Positions 57,001 to 64,000 of a stretch of DNA of 64,000 nucleotides are shown here, one piece after another. Below the pieces are notes generated by a model. It had not been told where the DNA came from and did no database searches. It was given only the letters and a program-made list of their open reading frames with translations. The position numbers and the translations under genes were made by a program. Location: the NCBI GenBank assembly GCA_002869265.1, contig PKTH01000036.1, positions 50,224 through 114,223 on the forward strand. The letters are read 5' to 3'. Each line of letters begins with the position of its first letter. Positions within the stretch are counted from its first letter, which is position 1. This DNA is from Candidatus Parcubacteria bacterium. GTDB taxonomy: Bacteria > Patescibacteriota > Patescibacteriia > Patescibacteriales > BM507.

Positions 57001-57718
57001 TGCTAATGGTACAGCTACATATGGAAAAGTTGCTCAATTTGCTTTTGCAAGTTCAACTGTTCTAGCTCTATCAAGCATTGACGAAACTGCTGCTGTTACT
57101 GCAGTAGGAGCTGACTCAGGTGATGAAATTGTAATGACTGAAGATGTTGATGCAACTCCTGAGAACAACGAATACTCAGTTTCAACAACAAACACAAAAT
57201 CAGCTACTGTTACTGGTTCTAACCTAACAAGCGTTGTAAACGTAATGGATGATGCTACTCTAACAGGTGGTACTCTAACAATTGGTAAATACAAAATGGT
57301 ATTTGACAATGCTGCTAATAGAACTGCTACAAACGAAGAGCTAAAAGCACAATTAGTAACTCTAGACCTACAAATTAGTATGGGATCTGGTGTTTCTGCT
57401 ACAAGTGTTCAAGCTTACGTTCTAGGTAACACAACAAAGACAGCTGTTGCTGTTAATGTTGATGATGCTGGTGACGCTTTCGCTGACGGTGAAACTGCTA
57501 GAATCACTCTATCAACACTTCCAGGTTCTGCTTTAGTAGACGGTGAAGTTACATTAGTGATCGTTGGTAATGTTACATCTGCAGCTAATGCTTACCTACA
57601 AACAAAGATCGTTGATATCAACACTGACTTCACATTCAGTGGAAATGGAGTAACTGGTGGAAACATCAACCCTCTATTGGATATCACTGACGTTGTTGGT
57701 GGTACACTATCTAACTAA
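54077..57718 (+). CDS. Large secreted Ala/Thr/Gly/Val/Asp-rich surface protein (S-layer-like or fibrillar), 1213 aa
   Basis: Signal peptide MKRLKKMIVLSVMMMTVFSMSVVVAPEASA, followed by three N-terminal YY-x-DG-x-RY-type modules and then about 1000 aa of low-complexity beta-rich sequence. Codon usage is strongly GCT/GGT/ACT/GTT with TTC, AAC, TAC and ATC enriched. The ATG at 54077 is preferred over the GTG at 54038. Confidence 0.85.
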   Translation: MKRLKKMIVLSVMMMTVFSMSVVVAPEASAASAGDLIKMDGLSSVYYLGADGKRYVFPNESTYFSWYSDFSGVVTISQSELESYNLGKNVTMRPGTSLVKITTNPNVYAVTPGGDLLLIPSEEVAMALYGEAWASRVVDIADSFFTNYEIASGEASADMLPAGSLAKFGGADVYYIDADGSARLIVDEAAFEANRFNFGFVIDSSLDMPAAGDDVTAKEDSLSDTAQGAGGQAGAGTGVSVALASDTPAAGNVPTGASVEVLKFNVSASNDGDVNINSIKLSAFGLGSAGDIDAVAFYDNGVKVGTSKDLNASDRYSVFNFSTPINIPAGSTKALTVKATLANTSNYAVGIKEAGDIMTNGAVVSGSFPIEGNVVSGVTASLGAFDFDNVETTDTNNQFGEDNVLLAAFDVDVTATEDVLLGAIRLRNGGTNSNDIVSNISLVVDGDEVQSGLSIVDRYVNLDAGGYLIEKGQSASVEVYGDIGIGNANDTIGLYMKEATDISVVGKTFGYELSATADTDLTTLMTSNGAIVVTLDAGDFAIDMDKTATPAKDIRADSTNVVLATIKMTSNSENATLDGIGAGLTVTGSNIQGDELDSFELVDLDSGSVFDLTADGVADATFNLTMTDEVAFVKGVTKTFALRCDVLAAADVNDVFKVTLAGSALTLTGDTSDATISDITPSSVTGANQTVKGATLTWTTSVLTDKTVVTGASDVIVYQAGVKAGDVSPITITSIKLDVVADDGDVNGSFIDNNITKLDLYMNNVLVKSLSNGITEATAPNGYVTFSSLPTASRTVAAGATVPVEVKATFASSFATTSTWSVGVVAAGSVSAKDDQNTTVSASVPYVLGSRDVTLAAAGYLKATLLTDDQMADRDTYIVAGQSTDADDYLGEVELRAYNEGITVQSLVLMQSGTATGADISMVNLYDSSGSLVASALPTVEGHAFFDSLDLDVAADETDSYFIGIDAKSINANGDANGTATYGKVAQFAFASSTVLALSSIDETAAVTAVGADSGDEIVMTEDVDATPENNEYSVSTTNTKSATVTGSNLTSVVNVMDDATLTGGTLTIGKYKMVFDNAANRTATNEELKAQLVTLDLQISMGSGVSATSVQAYVLGNTTKTAVAVNVDDAGDAFADGETARITLSTLPGSALVDGEVTLVIVGNVTSAANAYLQTKIVDINTDFTFSGNGVTGGNINPLLDITDVVGGTLSN

Positions 57719-57738
57719 TTTTAGTTCAGATAATATAG

Positions 57739-57797
57739 CTAATTAACTTCGGTTAATTTGCAGACAAACCCCGCTCGAAAGAGCGGGGTTTTGTTTT
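57739..57797 (+). terminator. Tandem hairpins, the second a strong rho-independent terminator
   Basis: aattaac-ttcg-gttaatt, then aaccccgctc-gaaa-gagcggggtt followed by TTGTTTT. Confidence 0.8.
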
Positions 57798-57860
57798 ACC
57801 TAAACTAAACAGAATATTTTATTTTTGTTATAATTAGAGAAAGATAAATAAATATATAAT

Positions 57861-60254
57861 ATGTTATTAAAAAAAATATCCTTACTATTTTTTGTGGTTT
57901 TAGGTTTTCTTTTTTATGCTCACCCAACAAAGGCTTTTGTAAACATTGAAGTGACAGGTTTCAGCTCATCTCCCCCGGAACCAGGTTTAAATGTTGAATG
58001 CGAGGTGAAGATGGCGATTAAAAATACTGGAGATGAGGATGTTTATAGTCTTGACGGGATAGCAGATTATCAATATAATTTCGAGTCTTTTAATATTATT
58101 GAGGCAGAGTTACCAAATATAAGTCAGGGGGATGCTCTTGGTGTTAATGAAACAAAATATTTTGTATTTCGTGGAATTTTTTCAGATATAGGCAGTAAGA
58201 CCCTGTCTTTTAGTGTGAACACAGATAAAGCCTTAACTGAGAGCACATATAACGATAATGATATAAGGGAGGAAATAAAAGTTATTTACGCTGATGATAT
58301 TAGTGTGGCTTCTGTTGAGGTCATGCCAAGAAAACCATCGGTAAACCAAAACATGGCGATAAAAGTTGCCGTAATAAATAATGGGCAAAAAGACCTAATT
58401 AACAAATATGGACTAGAGACCATAAAAGTGGAGTCTGACGATTTTGTCTTAATAAAAATTAGAGAGCCAAACATTACACACCTAGACCCATTTAAAATGA
58501 AAGAAAAAAAATATTTTATAATTGAAGGTCGATACGAATCTTCCGGTGAGAAAAATATCAACTTAGAAATTGATTTGAATAATAATCTGAAAGAATTCAA
58601 GGAGGACAATAATACTTACAACACCAAGGCAACGGTAGTTGAGAAATCAGACAAAGACGTAGCCTCCTATTTATATGATATTGAGCTGGGAGACGAGAAA
58701 GATCTTCTTGTTAACAAAAAAGTGGAAATAGTTTTCAGTGTTGAGAACATGGAGGATTATGGCTTTGGTGACGGAGAAGGTTTTACTCTAGTTGATATGA
58801 ATTATATTTTTGATGATTTTAAGGTAGACGAAATTGTTTATCCGGATGTACCTTCTATTGATAATTATTTAGAGAAAGAAGAATCGCTAAGTTATATTTT
58901 TAAAGGCCATTTTACAAATACTGGAGACAAAGAATTGAATTTCAAAATAGACAAACAAAACAAACTCTTGGAGACCGATGAAGATAACAACGAAACCACA
59001 GAGACCGTACATGTTTACGCTGATCAGGGTGAAGCTGACCAGGTATTTATAAAAGACACATTCGTGGAGTTTATTAGTTCAAGCTCGGCAGTAATTCACT
59101 GGGAAGCTGACAGGGACTCAATTGGCCTCATAAGATATACTGAGTTTAATCAGTATAACTACGGGCTTTATAAGGACTTAAACGAAATAGATTGGCCAAA
59201 ATCAACAGACAATAACACTCAGCATAAGCTTGAAATAAAAAACTTAGATCCAAATACAAAATATAGATATATTATAGAGGCTGAGAAGAACACAAAAATT
59301 TCGCCTTCTATAGAGTATTTTTTTACAACGCCCGTTGATGATTCTAAGAGTATCTCGGAGATAAAAATAGTTCAGCAAGACAACAAACTTTTCCTTACTT
59401 GGACTTCAGACATACTTATGCCCACTTGTTTAATGTTTTCTGCTCCTGGGGCTGATTTTAAAAAGCATTCTTTGAACAATAGCGTTTCTGCTCACGAGCT
59501 TGAAATTGAGCTTTCTGGTGCGGGAAATTATAGCTATTATGAATGTTCCAATGAAACCTTTAAAAAAACATTCACCCTCCAAGGGGATGTAGAGGCAGAG
59601 CCTTCTAGCACAGAATCTGCGGATAGCCCTGGTTCCGAAGATGGACAAACTAATAGTGGGGACGGGGATAATGGGGCGACTGGCAATGAGCCACTACATA
59701 ATAAAATAGAGATAAAAAATACAAAAATGTATTCAAGTCTGGGAGGAAAGATAGTGTTGAAAGTAGAAGAAAACGGAGAAGCTTATTATATAAACCCAAG
59801 TAAACAAGAAATGTATTTTCTTGGTAGACCCAAAGACGCTTTTTCAGTAATGCGGGAGCAAGGAGTGGGTATAACGAATGATGATTTGTATAAAATACCA
59901 GTTGGAACAACAGCGGATGGCCCTGACACAGATGGAGACGGCTTACCTGATAATTTAGAAGAAACCCTGGGACTAGATCCATCTAAAAAAGACAGTGATG
60001 GTGATGGTTTTGATGATATGAACGAACTTATAAATGGCTATAATCCTTGGGGAAGTGGAAACCAAAGCTTAGATGAAGGTTTTGCAAATAAGCAGAAAGG
60101 AAAGATTCTTTTACAGGTTCAGAAAAATGGAGAAGCTTGGTATGTAAATCCTAATGATGGTAGGAGATATTTTCTGGGTCGCCCTGCAGACGCTTTTGCT
60201 CTTATGAGAACGCTGGGCCTTGGTATATCAAACTCTAATTTTAGTAGTTTATAA
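57861..60254 (+). CDS. Secreted multidomain surface protein: four CARDB-like repeats, an FN3-like domain, TSP3-type Ca-binding repeats, and two C-terminal YY-x-DG-x-RY modules
   Basis: Signal peptide MLLKKISLLFFVVLGFLFYAHPTKA. Repeats end in the D/E-x-D/N-N motif (YNDNDIREE, KEDNNTYNT, DEDNNETTE). The FN3-like segment is VIHWEADRD...NTKYRYIIEA. The Ca-binding stretch is DTDGDGLPDN...DSDGDGFDD. The module is duplicated at the C-terminus as GEAYYINPSKQEMYFLGRPKDAF and GEAWYVNPNDGRRYFLGRPADAF. Confidence 0.85.
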   Translation: MLLKKISLLFFVVLGFLFYAHPTKAFVNIEVTGFSSSPPEPGLNVECEVKMAIKNTGDEDVYSLDGIADYQYNFESFNIIEAELPNISQGDALGVNETKYFVFRGIFSDIGSKTLSFSVNTDKALTESTYNDNDIREEIKVIYADDISVASVEVMPRKPSVNQNMAIKVAVINNGQKDLINKYGLETIKVESDDFVLIKIREPNITHLDPFKMKEKKYFIIEGRYESSGEKNINLEIDLNNNLKEFKEDNNTYNTKATVVEKSDKDVASYLYDIELGDEKDLLVNKKVEIVFSVENMEDYGFGDGEGFTLVDMNYIFDDFKVDEIVYPDVPSIDNYLEKEESLSYIFKGHFTNTGDKELNFKIDKQNKLLETDEDNNETTETVHVYADQGEADQVFIKDTFVEFISSSSAVIHWEADRDSIGLIRYTEFNQYNYGLYKDLNEIDWPKSTDNNTQHKLEIKNLDPNTKYRYIIEAEKNTKISPSIEYFFTTPVDDSKSISEIKIVQQDNKLFLTWTSDILMPTCLMFSAPGADFKKHSLNNSVSAHELEIELSGAGNYSYYECSNETFKKTFTLQGDVEAEPSSTESADSPGSEDGQTNSGDGDNGATGNEPLHNKIEIKNTKMYSSLGGKIVLKVEENGEAYYINPSKQEMYFLGRPKDAFSVMREQGVGITNDDLYKIPVGTTADGPDTDGDGLPDNLEETLGLDPSKKDSDGDGFDDMNELINGYNPWGSGNQSLDEGFANKQKGKILLQVQKNGEAWYVNPNDGRRYFLGRPADAFALMRTLGLGISNSNFSSL

Positions 60255-60299
60255 ATATTAATCTGTTATTAATTTGACTTTTGTAGTATTTAGGGACAC

Positions 60300-60312
60300 A
60301 ACGATTATCGTT
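60300..60312. promoter_or_regulatory. 13-bp palindrome AACGAT-T-ATCGTT upstream of the small gene
   Basis: It uses the same hexamer half-sites as the palindrome upstream of dnaK, but in swapped order. Confidence 0.25.
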
Positions 60313-60336
60313 CATTTCTAAAGAAAGGATAGGCAA

Positions 60337-60516
60337 ATGTCAAAAAAAGTAGTGTCACATTCAAGTGGTGGTCAAACAGAAACTAAAACATACGAAAATG
60401 GGAGGCTGGAAAGCATTCAGCACACAAATGACAGAACGGGGGAAAATCACGAACATGAAGTTTGCCGAGGCGGCGCCCTAGGTGCTCTAGGTCCATATGC
60501 TGGTGGGCGCAAATAA
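60337..60516 (+). CDS. Small hydrophilic Gly-rich protein (59 aa)
   Basis: MSKKVVSHSSGGQTETKTYENGRLESIQHTNDRTGENHEHEVCRGGALGALGPYAGGRK. SD AAGGA upstream and a strong terminator 7 nt downstream. Not in the ORF track. Confidence 0.55.
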   Translation: MSKKVVSHSSGGQTETKTYENGRLESIQHTNDRTGENHEHEVCRGGALGALGPYAGGRK

Positions 60517-60522
60517 TAATTA

Positions 60523-60556
60523 TCCAGGGAGCGTTTGAACGCTCCCTGTTTTTTTA
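60523..60556 (+). terminator. Rho-independent terminator
   Basis: cagggagcg-tttgaa-cgctccctg followed by TTTTTTT. Confidence 0.8.
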
Positions 60557-60647
60557 TATTGTTGAATTTTAATAAACAATTTGATATCCTTTTAAGAAGA
60601 CAAAAGCTTTGTCTTATTTTAGTGTTTATAATAATTTTAAGTATAAT

Positions 60648-62867
60648 ATGACTCAAAAACTATATAAGTATATTCTCCAGGGAGGGGTTTATTTATCGCT
60701 AATTTCAGTATTTTTAGTAAATAAAAATCTGTTATTTCCATTTATTACTTCAAAACAGCTATTTTTTAATGTTGTTATAGAAATTCTTTTTGTATTTTGG
60801 GTAGCTTTGATTGTTAAGTATCCAAATTGGCGACCAAAGAAAAACTATATTACTTATGGCCTGGGAGCATTTTTTTCAGCTGTTGTTATAACTTCATTTA
60901 CTGGAGTTGATTTCAACCTTAGTTTTTGGGGTGATGTCGAGAGAATGCTTGGTGCTTTTCACTTACTGCATTTCTTTGCTTTTTACATGATTATTATTAC
61001 AGCTTTCAGAACTTGGGACGATTGGAAGGTTTTTCTTCATATATATATTATATTTGCCGTTTTTGTGGCTTTTCAGGGTTTATCCGGCAATAACCATGTT
61101 TACAGTACTCTAGGAAACACAGCCTACGCCGCCGCATTCCACATCTTTAGTGCGTATTTCGCTATTCTTTTAATGGTCAGAGAGAAAACCTGGACCATTA
61201 GATCTATGTATATTCCGGCTGTTCTTCTTTTTGTCTATCATATGATCAAAACTAGTGTGGCTGGCGCCTATGGTGGTTTTGCTATGGGTCTTTTGGTGAT
61301 GTTGTTTTTGTATGGTGTTTTATATAAAGACAAAAGAGTAAAGATTGCTACTGTTTCGACAGCGATATTTTTGATAATTTTTGGTTCTTATTTTTTCTTG
61401 ATAAATAAAGACAACGTTATTACCAGGAATAATAAATTTGCAGCTCGTGTTGCCAATGAGCTTTCACTTGAAAAAAATACTTTCCAAACTCGTTTAATTT
61501 CTTGGCGGGCGGCGTTTAAAGACCTGCCAAGCCATCCAATAATGGGAACCGGTTACGGGAACTTTGCAATTACTTTTGATAAATATTTTGACGCTCATTT
61601 CTATGATGAAACCAGAAATGAAACCTATTTTGACAGAGCACATAACAACCTGATTGACATATTGTCAAACATGGGTATATTTGGGCTTTTGACTTATTTG
61701 TCTATATTTGTTGCCTTTGGATATTATTTAGTTTTGGGATACAAAAACGATAAATTTAGTACTCATGAGTTCATTGTGATAGTTTCTCTGACTACTGCAT
61801 ATTTCGTCCAAAATTTGGCTGTTTTTGATGCCATGGTGACCTATATGGCCTTTATGATGCTCTTGGCCTATGTTTATTATAGATATCAAGGAGAAGATGA
61901 ATTAGAGCCAAGTAAGGATGAGGAGATGAATAATAATGAGATATTTGCATTGGCAGGGGCTGGAATTATTATGGCTTTAATATTATTTCAGTATAGTTAT
62001 TTGCCTTATAAAATGCTTACTCTAACAATTGATGCTCAAAGGGTTAATTCTTCAGAAGGTTTAATGGCTGCGGTTGATAAATATAGGGAGGCATTGTCTT
62101 ATGACACTGTTCTTGATAGGGACTCAAGAACCAGCTTGATGAGATTACTTATCTCAGACAGGGGTCAGCTTGAATCTCATAAAAACAGAGAAGAAGCTAT
62201 AGCGGCTCTAGATTTTATAATAGAGCAGGCCGAGAGGAATATAGAATACAACAAAGAAGATAGTATGAACCAAATGCTTTTGGCTCAGGCTTACAATAAA
62301 GCGGCTTCTTTTTACAGAAATGATAATTCAAAATATGATTACTATATTATGGCGGCAATCGAAGCTATAGATAAGTCAATTGCGGCCAGTCCTCAGCGTG
62401 TACCGATTTACTTCCAAAAAGCACAAATATATATAACTAGTGGTCAAAAAGACAAAGCGATCGAGACTCTAGAATATGCTTATAGTTTAAATGAAAATTA
62501 TTACGATTCAGCCTGTTCTCTGTCAAAAGCTTATTTCTTTTATCAGGACAGCGATAAGGGCTATGAGTATATGGACATTTGTATAGATAAGGGGGGAGCT
62601 ACCCTTCTTGGACCTGGTGACTACATTCGACCGCTTATCGCCCACTATGCTAGCGATGAGAGCAACTTCGACAGAGTTCTATCTCTTTATGAGAGATTAG
62701 TCAAGATTGAGCCTAAAAATGCTCAAGCTTGGAGCAGTTTAGCAAAACTTTATGAAGTAGATGGTAGTATAGACAAAGCAATTAATGCAGCTACCGAAGC
62801 CGGAAAAAATGATCCAAAGCTAAAAGAATATGCTGATCAGTATATTGAAGAACTAAAACAAAAATAA
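60648..62867 (+). CDS. O-antigen ligase/polymerase-like (Wzy_C) membrane protein with a C-terminal TPR-like domain
   Basis: About 10 TM helices with the Wzy_C motif (MGTGYGNFAITF...AHNNLIDILSNMGIFGLL), then a 300-aa soluble helical-repeat domain. The ATG at 60648 is preferred over the TTG at 60609. Confidence 0.7.
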   Translation: MTQKLYKYILQGGVYLSLISVFLVNKNLLFPFITSKQLFFNVVIEILFVFWVALIVKYPNWRPKKNYITYGLGAFFSAVVITSFTGVDFNLSFWGDVERMLGAFHLLHFFAFYMIIITAFRTWDDWKVFLHIYIIFAVFVAFQGLSGNNHVYSTLGNTAYAAAFHIFSAYFAILLMVREKTWTIRSMYIPAVLLFVYHMIKTSVAGAYGGFAMGLLVMLFLYGVLYKDKRVKIATVSTAIFLIIFGSYFFLINKDNVITRNNKFAARVANELSLEKNTFQTRLISWRAAFKDLPSHPIMGTGYGNFAITFDKYFDAHFYDETRNETYFDRAHNNLIDILSNMGIFGLLTYLSIFVAFGYYLVLGYKNDKFSTHEFIVIVSLTTAYFVQNLAVFDAMVTYMAFMMLLAYVYYRYQGEDELEPSKDEEMNNNEIFALAGAGIIMALILFQYSYLPYKMLTLTIDAQRVNSSEGLMAAVDKYREALSYDTVLDRDSRTSLMRLLISDRGQLESHKNREEAIAALDFIIEQAERNIEYNKEDSMNQMLLAQAYNKAASFYRNDNSKYDYYIMAAIEAIDKSIAASPQRVPIYFQKAQIYITSGQKDKAIETLEYAYSLNENYYDSACSLSKAYFFYQDSDKGYEYMDICIDKGGATLLGPGDYIRPLIAHYASDESNFDRVLSLYERLVKIEPKNAQAWSSLAKLYEVDGSIDKAINAATEAGKNDPKLKEYADQYIEELKQK

Positions 62868-62872
62868 CTTAA

Positions 62873-63568
62873 ATGAGTAAAATACTTGAGGTAAAGAATC
62901 TAACAGTTAGTCTAGCAGGGGAAGAGGTTATTAAAAATCTCTCCTTTCAGGTACAAAAAGGTGACTTTTTGACTATTCTCGGGCCAAATGGCACAGGGAA
63001 AACTGTTTTACTGAAGACTCTTTTAGGCTTTATAACTGACTATGCTGGAGAGATTAATTGGACAGGGAAGACCAGAGTTGGCTATCTCCCCCAAGGTCTT
63101 ACTCGTGAGAAGGTGGGTGATATGCCACTTTCTGTTTTGGAATTTTTGTCTCTAAAGAATAAAAACAAAAAAGAAATACAAGAATATTTAGAGCTAGTGG
63201 GCGTCAAAGATCCTAAATTTCTTTCAAAAAAAATAGGGGATCTCTCAGGCGGGCAGTTTCAGAGAATGCTAATGGTTTGGGCCTTGTTTGATGAACCTGA
63301 GATATTGTTTTTTGACGAACCCACTACAGGAATTGATATAAAAGGGGAGGAGACGGTTTACAACCTCTTACATAAACTGCAAAAAGAAAAAGGCTTAACT
63401 ATTATTCTGATAACGCACGATGTAAATGTTGTTTATAAGCACTCTAGTGATGTTTTGTGTATGAGTGGAGATTATTCGTGCTATTCAAAACCCGAGGAGA
63501 TAATGGACCCTAAAAAACTAGAAGAGATATACGGGATGCCAGTTAAATTTTACAAACACAATCATTAA
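62873..63568 (+). CDS. Metal-type ABC transporter ATP-binding protein (ZnuC/MntB-like)
   Basis: Walker A GPNGTGKT, signature LSGGQFQR and Walker B ILFFDEPTTGID. Confidence 0.85.
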   Translation: MSKILEVKNLTVSLAGEEVIKNLSFQVQKGDFLTILGPNGTGKTVLLKTLLGFITDYAGEINWTGKTRVGYLPQGLTREKVGDMPLSVLEFLSLKNKNKKEIQEYLELVGVKDPKFLSKKIGDLSGGQFQRMLMVWALFDEPEILFFDEPTTGIDIKGEETVYNLLHKLQKEKGLTIILITHDVNVVYKHSSDVLCMSGDYSCYSKPEEIMDPKKLEEIYGMPVKFYKHNH

Positions 63569-63571
63569 GAT

Positions 63572-64000
63572 ATGGAAATTAATTTAATTTACAGTTTAAT
63601 AGCAGGTATTTCTATTGGAGGGGTTTCTGCTTATCTGGGTTCACTGATGCTTCAAAGGAGAATGTCATTGGCGGCGGGACCCTTGGGGCACCTGGCATTT
63701 CCTGGGGTAGCGCTTGCCCTTCTCTACGGCTTTGATATGTCCTTGGGAGCTTTTCCTTTTGTTGTTTTGGGTATAGTTTTGATCTGGCTATTTGAAAACA
63801 AAACAAAACTTCCGACAGAGGCTTTAACGGCAGTTGTCTTTGCTAGTGGCGTGGCGCTTTCTTTTTTGTTTCTACCGATAGATAAGGCCGAGGAAGCTTT
63901 AGTGGGGAGTATTTCAAACATTAATCTTACGGAGATGTTGGCCACCATGTTTATTTCAATGGGGGTTCTTTTGCTGATAAGATATATTTACAGGGAAATG
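63572..64000 (+). CDS. ABC-3 family metal permease (ZnuB-like), 3'-truncated by the window end
   Basis: ATG at 63572 with an open frame to the window edge. Hydrophobic helices and the GPLGHLAFPGVALA motif typical of ABC-3 permeases. Confidence 0.7.
   Translation, partial: MEINLIYSLIAGISIGGVSAYLGSLMLQRRMSLAAGPLGHLAFPGVALALLYGFDMSLGAFPFVVLGIVLIWLFENKTKLPTEALTAVVFASGVALSFLFLPIDKAEEALVGSISNINLTEMLATMFISMGVLLLIRYIYREM

Noticed and set aside
55114-57309. Three long minus-strand ORFs (55114-55395, 55606-56193, 57034-57309) inside the large surface-protein gene
   Set aside because: They lie antisense to a gene with extreme GCT/GGT/ACT/GTT codon bias, which suppresses stop codons on the opposite strand. 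Their products are low-complexity Ser/Thr/Ala/Val strings with no starts supported by an SD.
60447-60656. 69-aa minus-strand ORF overlapping the 59-aa small gene and its terminator
   Set aside because: The plus-strand small gene has an SD and a terminator. The minus ORF spans the terminator hairpin and the start of the downstream gene, so it is judged spurious.
1-64000. Diversity-generating retroelement or other reverse-transcriptase-based system
   Set aside because: No ORF with reverse-transcriptase motifs (YxDD) and no template/variable repeat pair longer than about 30 bp was seen on inspection.

Overview
This is a low-GC, gene-dense chromosomal segment with about 80 coding sequences, almost all on the + strand, and no rRNA, tRNA or CRISPR array. 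The gene content and architecture are consistent with a small-genome Gram-positive-like bacterium (CPR/Patescibacteria-like); that is an inference from content, not a database result. Housekeeping genes dominate: HU (5'-truncated), frr, rseP, hpf, holB, secA, secD, secF, proS, mreBCD with PBP2, lepA, recJ, rnhA and murJ. There is a dTDP-sugar and polyprenyl-phosphate glycosyltransferase cluster. A PduL-AckA pair provides acyl-phosphate to ATP conversion. A GldA/F/G-like ABC exporter with a DUF4340 protein and a Znu-like metal ABC transporter (truncated at the window end) are also present. The most unusual content is: (1) an expanded heat-shock locus (CIRCE, hrcA, a Nudix-GrpE fusion, hsp20, an unknown protein, dnaK, DUF3467, dnaJ); (2) a SecD carrying two parvulin-type PPIase domains inside its periplasmic P1 domain; (3) three dyad operators (TTTAAGTC-N12-GACYTAAA) between a divergent excisionase-family HTH operon and an ECF sigma/anti-sigma pair; (4) immediately downstream, two large secreted surface proteins. 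One is a 1213-aa Ala/Thr/Gly/Val/Asp-rich protein with codon usage typical of very highly expressed genes (S-layer-like). The other is a 797-aa CARDB/FN3/TSP3 multidomain protein. They share a roughly 50-aa YY-x-DG-x-RY module; (5) several well-framed small genes, including a 57-aa protein with 8 cysteines and a 59-aa Gly-rich protein; (6) tandem HIT paralogs next to an ITPase gene. All calls rest on motif recognition in the supplied translations and on reading the nucleotide sequence; no searches were run.
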